DNA of 32,000 nucleotides from Nitrosococcus oceani ATCC 19707 (GTDB lineage: Bacteria; Pseudomonadota; Gammaproteobacteria; Nitrosococcales; Nitrosococcaceae). The notes beneath the pieces were generated by a model, which was given only the letters and a program-made list of their open reading frames with translations, did not search any database and was not told the DNA's origin. The stretch spans positions 270,001 through 302,000 of the forward strand of contig NC_007484.1 of NCBI RefSeq assembly GCF_000012805.1. Reading direction: 5' to 3'. Shown piece after piece: positions 25,857 to 32,000 of this stretch (positions are counted from its first letter, which is position 1; the number at the start of each line of letters is the position of its first letter). A program made the position numbers and the translations under genes.

Positions 25857-27677
25857 TTAATCCATGAGTTCCAGAATTTTCCGCGTGATGGCCTGCTGTG
25901 AAATTCCATATCGCTCTAACAATTCTTCCGGCTTTCCGGAGCGGGGCTCCGCAGTGATAGCAAGTCTATGCACTGGCGCGAGGGCACTGACGGTGGCGGC
26001 CACTGCATCACCGAGACCACCGTCGATCCAATGATCCTCGACGGTAATGATTCCTTGGGTTTCATGGGCGGCTTTGGCAAGCGTTTCTTGGTCCAGAGGT
26101 TTGATGGAATAGGCATCGATGATCCGCACGAGGATTTCCTTACTTTTAAGTTCCTCGTAGGCGGCAAGCGCTTCATGCACGGTGATCCCCGCTGCGATAA
26201 TAGTAAACTTATCTTCTTTTGAAGCGCATAAGGTTTTGCTGCCACCGACGGGGAATTCCTCGTCATTGGCATAGATCACTGGGGTTTTGCCCCGGGTCGT
26301 GCGGATATAGACGATACCTTGAGCCTTGGTTACCTGTTGGGTCAAACGTTCGGCACTGACTCCATCGCAAGGATACAAAATAGTGCTGCCAGAGACTGCC
26401 CGGAACATGGCTAAATCTTCTAATCCCATCTGGGAGGGGCCGTCCTTGCCAATGGAAACACCGGCATGGCTGCCGCAAAAAATGAGATGGGATGGCCGGC
26501 TATGACCGGCCATCCGGATAAAATCATAGGCCCGGCTGAGGAAGCAGGCAAAACTGGTCGCGCAGGCAATTTTGCCATAGGCGGCCAGCCCGAGGGCGGT
26601 ACCCGCCATATTTTGTTCGGCGATATAACTTTCAAAGAATCGATCGGGATAGGCTTCAGCGAAATATTCCGTTCGGGTGGAATTTTTGACATCTCCATCC
26701 AGGACTACTAGTTCGGGAAGGAGCTCGCCAAGTTTTTTCAGCGCGTTGCCAAAACCATCACGGGTAGCAGCCTGATCCCCCAGGGCGTAGTCAACAGCAA
26801 GCGCAGGCGTTGGTTTTTTTTGTTGGGGAGGAGGCGTGTAGTGGCCCACACGGCGAGGCTCCAGGGGAGCGACAGCCTGGTCTTCACCGAGCTCCGCCAG
26901 GGCTTTTTCCATTTCTTCCTGGCTTAGGGGTTTTCCATGCCAACCCTCTTTTCCCTCCAGAAAGGAGACTCCTTTCCCCTTCTCGGTCTTGGCGATGATG
27001 GCCGTCGGTCCAGTTTTTTTAGCTTGCTCCAGGGCACTGAGGATAGCCCCCAGATCATGACCATCAATGGTGATGGTTTCCCAGCCGAAGGATTGAAAAC
27101 GGCGGCTAAATACCTCTATATCATGTTGGTAGGGTGCAGGACCGCTTTGAGCCAGGGCATTCACATCCACAATGGCTACCAGATTGGACAGGTGGTTTAA
27201 AGAAGCGAATTGAGCAGCTTCCCAAACGGAACCCTCCGAGCATTCCCCATCTCCAAGCAGGCAGTAGATCCGGGCATCAATACCGTCCAAGCGATTGGCC
27301 AGCGCTATGCCATTGGCTGCCGCTAGACCCTGGCCCAACGAGCCGGTAGCTACCTTGACCCACGGGTTGTTAGGCGTAGGGTGGCCTTCCAGAGAGCTGT
27401 CTAATTTACGCAGGGAGAGGGGATCTTCATGGATGGCTTTCGCTTCCCACAGGGCAGCCCATAGAATAGGGGCGGCATGGCCTTTGGAGAGGATAAAGGT
27501 ATCTACATTACGGGCTTTAGGATCGCTAGGGTCCCAGCGCATTTCATGGAAAAATAAAGCAGCGACAATTTCCGCGCAGGAGAGGCAGGAAGTGGGATGG
27601 CCCGAGCCAGCCTCGGTGGTCATCCGGATAACCAGGCGGCGCAGTTGTTGGGCTGTATTCTGGAGTGATTTCATCAT
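25857..27677 (-). CDS. tkt: transketolase, short single-chain form (fusion of the N- and C-terminal sections of split transketolases)
   Basis: 606 aa. The N-terminal half has GSGHPTSCLSCAEIVAALFF and the ThDP motif LLGDGECSEGSVWEAAQFAS...VDVN. A Pro/Gln/Lys linker (TPPPQQKKPTPA) follows, then the Pyr/C-terminal half (ATRDGFGNAL...). Confidence 0.88.
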   Translation of the reverse strand: MMKSLQNTAQQLRRLVIRMTTEAGSGHPTSCLSCAEIVAALFFHEMRWDPSDPKARNVDTFILSKGHAAPILWAALWEAKAIHEDPLSLRKLDSSLEGHPTPNNPWVKVATGSLGQGLAAANGIALANRLDGIDARIYCLLGDGECSEGSVWEAAQFASLNHLSNLVAIVDVNALAQSGPAPYQHDIEVFSRRFQSFGWETITIDGHDLGAILSALEQAKKTGPTAIIAKTEKGKGVSFLEGKEGWHGKPLSQEEMEKALAELGEDQAVAPLEPRRVGHYTPPPQQKKPTPALAVDYALGDQAATRDGFGNALKKLGELLPELVVLDGDVKNSTRTEYFAEAYPDRFFESYIAEQNMAGTALGLAAYGKIACATSFACFLSRAYDFIRMAGHSRPSHLIFCGSHAGVSIGKDGPSQMGLEDLAMFRAVSGSTILYPCDGVSAERLTQQVTKAQGIVYIRTTRGKTPVIYANDEEFPVGGSKTLCASKEDKFTIIAAGITVHEALAAYEELKSKEILVRIIDAYSIKPLDQETLAKAAHETQGIITVEDHWIDGGLGDAVAATVSALAPVHRLAITAEPRSGKPEELLERYGISQQAITRKILELMD

Positions 27678-27682
27678 TCTAT

Positions 27683-28816
27683 CTACCTGTTTTTACAGTC
27701 TTCGCATTTGGCTTCCAACATTGCTAGCAGGGCATCGTAAGGATCGATAAATTTCTGCACGCCCTCATTTTCCAGCTGGGCGGTGACTAAATTGAAATCA
27801 ATGCCAATTTTTTCCAGATCGGCAAAAACTTTTCGAGATTCTTCAATATTTTCTTCTACCGTTTCTTTAACGATACCGTGGTCGGCAAAAGCTTTAATTG
27901 TTTTTTCCGGCAGGGTGTTGACTGTATAAGGGCCAATGAGAGGTTCGACGTACATCACATCCCGGTAAGCCGGATTCTTGGTGCTAGTGCTAGCCCAGAG
28001 CATACGCTGTACTTGGGCTCCTTTGCCTGCAAGTGTTTTCCAGCGTTCACTTTGGAGAATTTCCTTAAAACGCTGGTAAGCTAATTTGGCGTTGGCTATG
28101 GCCACCTTGCCTCGTAGGTTTTCCGGATGAGGGGCTGAAGGGGATTTTCCCTCTGGTGGAATGCGATGGCTTAGGAGCTGGTCGGCCAGAACATCGATCC
28201 GGCTTAGAAAGAAGCTGGCTACCGAGGCGATGTTCTCTACAGTTTGGCCCGCTTCAAGGCGCCGTTCCAGCGCTCTGAGATAGGCTTCGGCCACGGCCTG
28301 GTAATGGTCGATGGAAAATAGCAGAGTAATGTTGATGTTGATTCCCTCGAAGAGCAATTCTTCAATAGCAGGCACACCGGCGGCAGTACCGGGAATTTTG
28401 ATAAATAAATTGGGTCGGTCCACAGTTTGCCATAGGCGCCGGGCTTCCTGAATAGACCCTTCGGTGTCATGGGCAAGATAGGGTGAAACTTCAAGGCTGA
28501 CAAAACCATCCTGGCCCTTTCGTTCTTTATAGACAGGATGGAGAATATCGCAGGCATCCCGGATATCGGTGGTGATGAGGGCCTCATAAATTTCAATTTT
28601 AGAGCGGCCTTCCCGGATCAGGGTTTCAATCTGTGGGTCGTAATCATCGCTGTTAGCAATGGCCTTATGGAAAATGCTGGGGTTGGAGGTGACCCCGCCC
28701 AGACCTTGCTCTTCAACCCGGTGCTTTAATTCTCCGTTTTTTATCATGCGCCGGGTAAGGTTATCGATCCAGTAACTTTGTCCGAATTCCAGCAACTTTA
28801 GAAGCGAATCCATCAT
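27683..28816 (-). CDS. tal: transaldolase (long, type 2 / cyanobacterial-actinobacterial-like form)
   Basis: The track ORF extends to 29017, but ATG 28816 is preceded by AGGAGG and gives MMDSLLKLLEFGQSYWIDNLTRRMIKNGEL...GVTSNPSIF. The Schiff-base Lys context FIKIPGT is present. The product is 377 aa. The stop lies 5 nt before the tkt ATG. Confidence 0.88.
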   Translation of the reverse strand: MMDSLLKLLEFGQSYWIDNLTRRMIKNGELKHRVEEQGLGGVTSNPSIFHKAIANSDDYDPQIETLIREGRSKIEIYEALITTDIRDACDILHPVYKERKGQDGFVSLEVSPYLAHDTEGSIQEARRLWQTVDRPNLFIKIPGTAAGVPAIEELLFEGININITLLFSIDHYQAVAEAYLRALERRLEAGQTVENIASVASFFLSRIDVLADQLLSHRIPPEGKSPSAPHPENLRGKVAIANAKLAYQRFKEILQSERWKTLAGKGAQVQRMLWASTSTKNPAYRDVMYVEPLIGPYTVNTLPEKTIKAFADHGIVKETVEENIEESRKVFADLEKIGIDFNLVTAQLENEGVQKFIDPYDALLAMLEAKCEDCKNR

Positions 28817-29556
28817 TATCCTCCTGATTTTTTGAGGGTTCCAATTCGAATGGTGGTTCGAATAAGGATGTCTATGCTGAGAACCCATATCAAGGCAACT
28901 AAGCATCCTCCCAGGATGTCGGAAGGATAGTGGACTTGCAGGTACAGCCTTGATGTGGAGACGCATAGGACGAGTGCAGTTAATAGTATAGCCGCTGGCC
29001 ATTGCCAGCGTGGCCAAATTCGAGAAATGATCAGAAAAACGGAAAGGGCAAAGGCAGCTACTTGGGTTGTATGCCCACTGGGGAAGGAGAATCCGCCATA
29101 TATTTCCAAGGGTGGAAATAATACCGGCCGTTCCCGAACCATTAGGGTTTTTATCATTTTAGTCATAAGACTGGCGCCGCTGAAACCTAACCCCATAAGC
29201 AGCGCAGCCGGGTAATAACGATAGCGAATCAGGATGATTGCAATGCCGATACTGATGGGAAGAAGTAAAAAACTGGAGCCAGCCCAGGTGATCCAAAGAA
29301 AAAAATTATCCAACAATAAAGTGCGGTGTTCAGCCAAGAAATTTAGGGCCGGTGCATCGAACCAAAGTTCTCCGTGTTGGTGGAGGTGCTGTGCAAGCAT
29401 GATAAAAGACAGGATGCCGCCTGCAATCACTATACTATAACGCAAGGTAGTGATTGAGAAATTATAGGGAACAGATTTATGCCAGGATTGAATTTGTTTT
29501 TTCACTAAAATCTCGCTGTTTAATAAATATAATAATACCCAGTAAATATTTTCCAA
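28816..29556 (-). CDS. PAP2-superfamily integral membrane phosphatase
   Basis: The three PAP2 motifs are KTLMVRERP, PSGH and SRLYLQVHYPSD, and there are about 6 TM helices. The track start 29556 is TTG; GTG 29505 is an alternative, and the first ATG would delete TM1. The stop TAA overlaps the tal ATG (TAATG). Confidence 0.8.
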   Translation of the reverse strand: MENIYWVLLYLLNSEILVKKQIQSWHKSVPYNFSITTLRYSIVIAGGILSFIMLAQHLHQHGELWFDAPALNFLAEHRTLLLDNFFLWITWAGSSFLLLPISIGIAIILIRYRYYPAALLMGLGFSGASLMTKMIKTLMVRERPVLFPPLEIYGGFSFPSGHTTQVAAFALSVFLIISRIWPRWQWPAAILLTALVLCVSTSRLYLQVHYPSDILGGCLVALIWVLSIDILIRTTIRIGTLKKSGG

Positions 29557-29587
29557 ATTAGCAAGGTATTTTATTTTCGCTATGCTT

Positions 29588-29665
29588 AAGTTTTAACTGT
29601 AGTAAATAAATAGTGGCCTGTACGTTCTACCAGAATTTTTCTGTTAGTTTTAACTATAGTAGAAA
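29588..29665. repeat. two copies of a 16-mer AGTTTTAACT(G/A)TAGTA in the PAP2/pncA divergent intergenic region
   Basis: Copy 1 is at 29589-29604 and copy 2 at 29646-29661, with one mismatch and 57-bp spacing. Copy 2 contains the 8-bp palindrome ACTATAGT and the -10-like TATAGT. Confidence 0.5.
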
Positions 29666-29699
29666 AAAGCGGCTGCCAAAGCTTGAGGAGTTTCTAAAG

Positions 29700-30365
29700 A
29701 TGGAAAGACCCCCTGTTACCTTTAATAAGGCACGCGCCGTATTATTATTGGTAGATATTCAACCAGATTTTCTACCTGGAGGTGGGCTTCCTGTAGCAGA
29801 TGGCAGCCAAATCATCGAGCCAGTGCGATTGCTGATGGAATCCGATAAATTTTGCCATTATGTGGCGACTCAGGATTGGCATCCACCCGGTCATGTCTCC
29901 TTTGCCAGCAGCCACCCAGGGGCTGAACCTATGGCTACCCTTGAAATCAACGGTTACGCCCAGACCCTGTGGCCTGATCACTGCATCCAGGGAACGTCAG
30001 GCGCTGAACTTCATGGAGATCTGCCCTGGGAAAAGGTGGCGGCCATCATACGTAAGGGAACCGATCCAGAGAGCGATTCCTATAGCGGATTTCATAATAA
30101 CTGGAATTCCGCAGGTGAGCGTCCTGCTACCGGATTAGCGGGTTATTTGCGGGAGCGGGGTATAGAAGAATTATTTATCTGCGGCCTTGCCCGTGACGTT
30201 TGCATAAAATGGACCGCTGAAGACGGTGCTAATGCCGGCTTTAATGTTTACGTGCTATGGGATCTCACCCGCCCCGTGGAACCTTCTTCCGATGACCAGG
30301 TACGCCGGGAGCTAATAGCCCATGACGTTAAAATTATTGATTGGGAGCAGCTTGTTAGGTATTGA
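29700..30365 (+). CDS. pncA: nicotinamidase/pyrazinamidase (isochorismatase family)
   Basis: The track ORF starts at GTG 29613. ATG 29700 is preceded by GAGGAG with a 9-nt spacing. LLLVDIQPDF (Asp), QDWHPPGHVSF (metal-binding), IIRKG (Lys) and FICGLARDVCI (Cys) form the PncA catalytic and metal signature. Confidence 0.88.
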   Translation: MERPPVTFNKARAVLLLVDIQPDFLPGGGLPVADGSQIIEPVRLLMESDKFCHYVATQDWHPPGHVSFASSHPGAEPMATLEINGYAQTLWPDHCIQGTSGAELHGDLPWEKVAAIIRKGTDPESDSYSGFHNNWNSAGERPATGLAGYLRERGIEELFICGLARDVCIKWTAEDGANAGFNVYVLWDLTRPVEPSSDDQVRRELIAHDVKIIDWEQLVRY

Positions 30366-30463
30366 ATAGGAAGGCATTATGTTATTAAAAGTTGTTCTTA
30401 AAAATATTTTCTCTTTCCTGCGTTAAGCTAAATGATGGGAATGAATGGAGTTATAATGTGCTA

Positions 30464-30496
30464 GGCTTTAATAAGTAATAAAGCCGTAATTTTTTT
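30464..30496 (+). terminator. weak candidate terminator after pncA
   Basis: ggcttta (30464-30470) pairs with taaagcc (30479-30485) around an 8-nt loop. GTAA and T7 (30490-30496) follow. The stem is AT-rich, so this is a marginal call. Confidence 0.3.
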
Positions 30497-30555
30497 GATA
30501 CCATTTACATTGTTAATATGTTTTAGGCCTAGTCCTAACTTCTCAGGAGTTGCTG

Positions 30556-32000
30556 ATGGATAACGAAAAGCAAGCCTCTCCACCTCCAGCAGCGCCCCCC
30601 CTTAATTGGCGCTATCTGCTCTGGATAATCCTCTTGGGTATTTTTCTAATATCCTGGCTTGGCAATGCAGGCCGTCAGGCAGGAGATGAAATTACTTATA
30701 CGGAGTTTAAGCAGGCATTACATCAAGGGAAGATTGCAAAAGTTACCCTTGAGGGTCAGCATATTTCAGGCACCTATCACGAAGCTGGCGGAAATATACA
30801 GCCAGAAGGCAAGGACTCTAAAGGATTTTCCACGACGAGACCTCCCTTTGATGATCCAGAGTTGATGAAACTGCTGGAGCAAAAAGGAGTAGTTGTGCAA
30901 GCGAAGAGCGAAGAACCCTCCTTGTGGATGCAGGCCATCATTGGAATACTGCCTTGGTTCTTGATATTGGGCCTGATTTTTTATGTCTCCTATAGGATGC
31001 AGCAACGCATGATGGGAGGAGGCAGGGGTGGTCCCTTTGGTTTCGGCAAGGCGCCGGTAAAACGCTTTCGCGAGGGGAGTATAGGAGTCACTTTTGAAGA
31101 CGTTGCCGGGGTGGAAAACGCAAAGCGTGATCTGCGAGAGATTGTCGATTATCTGAAGGAACCAGGGCAGTTCAAAGCGGTAGGCGCCAAGATTCCCAAA
31201 GGTATCCTTTTGGTAGGCCGCCCTGGGACGGGAAAAACACTTTTGGCCAGGGCGGTGGCCGGCGAAGCGGGTGTCCCTTTCTATAGCATTAGCGGTTCGG
31301 ATTTTATAGAGATGTTCGTTGGCGTGGGAGCAGCCCGGGTGCGGGATATGTTTAAGGCCGCCAAGGAAGAGGCGCCTTCGATTTTGTTTATTGATGAAAT
31401 CGATTCCGTGGGACGCGCCCGGGGGACGGGACTTGGGGGTGGCCACGATGAACGGGAGCAGACTTTAAATCAAATCTTGGGCGAAATGGACGGTTTTGCA
31501 GCCCATGAAAATGTTGTGGTTTTGGCGGCGACTAACCGTCCTGACGTGCTTGATCCTGCTTTACTTAGACCGGGAAGGTTTGACCGTAAAGTCGTTCTCG
31601 ATCTTCCCGATAAAAAAGCCCGTCAACGGGTGTTAGAAGTCCATACCAAGAATGTTCCCCTCGCTGCTGATGTGGATTTGGAAAGAGTTGCTAGGCGTAC
31701 GGTGGGCTTTTCTGGGGCTGATCTTGCCAATCTGGTGAATGAGGCGGCCTTGCTGACCGGACGGGAACGCAAGAAGGAGGTGGACATGGACATGTTTAAC
31801 CTTGCCAGGGATAAAATCGTATTGGGCGCCAAGCGGGAAACGATTTTAGGCGAGGAGGAGAAAAAGCTTGTGGCTTACCATGAATCGGGCCATGCTTTGA
31901 CGGCATGGTTATTACCTGAGGCTGATCCCCTGCACCAAGTCAGCATTATTCCTCGTGGTATGGCTTTAGGAGTGACGGAACAAGCTCCAGAAGAAGAACG
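30556..32000 (+). CDS. ftsH: ATP-dependent zinc metalloprotease FtsH family, N-terminal ~481 codons (continues past the right edge)
   Basis: It is not in the ORF track because no stop lies in the window. My hand translation starts at ATG 30556, with an AGGAG SD 6 nt upstream. It has two TMs, Walker A GRPGTGKT, Walker B ILFIDEID, the [21 protein letters not shown] and the Zn site HESGH. The unusual Pro-rich N-terminus ([15 protein letters not shown]) suggests an FtsH paralogue. Confidence 0.92.
   Translation, partial: MDNEKQASPPPAAPPLNWRYLLWIILLGIFLISWLGNAGRQAGDEITYTEFKQALHQGKIAKVTLEGQHISGTYHEAGGNIQPEGKDSKGFSTTRPPFDDPELMKLLEQKGVVVQAKSEEPSLWMQAIIGILPWFLILGLIFYVSYRMQQRMMGGGRGGPFGFGKAPVKRFREGSIGVTFEDVAGVENAKRDLREIVDYLKEPGQFKAVGAKIPKGILLVGRPGTGKTLLARAVAGEAGVPFYSISGSDFIEMFVGVGAARVRDMFKAAKEEAPSILFIDEIDSVGRARGTGLGGGHDEREQTLNQILGEMDGFAAHENVVVLAATNRPDVLDPALLRPGRFDRKVVLDLPDKKARQRVLEVHTKNVPLAADVDLERVARRTVGFSGADLANLVNEAALLTGRERKKEVDMDMFNLARDKIVLGAKRETILGEEEKKLVAYHESGHALTAWLLPEADPLHQVSIIPRGMALGVTEQAPEEE

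Noticed and set aside
25916-27750. Multiple 60-150-aa ORFs overlapping tkt on both strands
   Set aside because: The 606-aa frame carries the ThDP-binding and Pyr-domain motifs. The others are off-frame artefacts.
28817-29017. 67-codon N-terminal extension of the transaldolase ORF
   Set aside because: It overlaps the PAP2 gene in another frame. ATG 28816 has a perfect AGGAGG SD and gives the normal transaldolase N-terminus.
30766-31832. 226-aa and 69-aa minus-strand ORFs
   Set aside because: They are antisense to the AAA+ core of ftsH, whose Walker A/B, SRH and HESGH motifs are unambiguous. Their products are Arg/Pro/Gly-rich with no motifs.
1-32000. CRISPR arrays, IS elements, integrases, phage or defence-system genes
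   Set aside because: I saw no regularly spaced repeats, no transposase- or integrase-like translations and no terminal inverted repeats. The only candidate scar is the weak A-rich 16-mer pair near 23150 and 23359.

Overview
The window looks like chromosomal, mostly housekeeping DNA of a gammaproteobacterial type. GC looks roughly balanced by eye but was not computed. The taxon cannot be established from the sequence alone; the gene content would fit a methylotroph- or nitrifier-like organism.

Left third:
- A partial hypothetical ORF runs off the left edge.
- ponA (class A PBP) lies divergent from pilMNOPQ.
- A perfect 44-nt palindromic terminator and a 257-nt spacer follow, then aroK-aroB. 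This is the classic Pseudomonas-like synteny.

Middle:
- A ~7 kb block (10286-17405) holds seven archaeal-type C1-cofactor biosynthesis genes.
- These are MfnE-like kinase-fold, PabB, MfnF/hydantoinase-like, MfnD-like ATP-grasp, a HisA/HisF-like barrel, a RimK/MptN-like ligase and a COG2232-type ATP-grasp protein.
- pntBA, an orphan pseudoazurin and gltX follow.

Right third:
- About 600 bp have no convincing gene.
- Next come two tandem paralogous 6-TM proteins built from a triplicated helical hairpin, and a convergent EF-hand lipoprotein.
- A translationally coupled PAP2-tal-tkt operon, pncA and the 5' part of an ftsH-family gene complete the window.

I found no rRNA, tRNA, CRISPR array, integrase or intact IS element.

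The best candidates for poorly described biology are the cofactor cluster, where several members have no assigned reaction, and the tandem repeat-membrane-protein pair with its neighbouring Ca-binding lipoprotein. All family assignments come from motif recognition in the translations. No database search was run.
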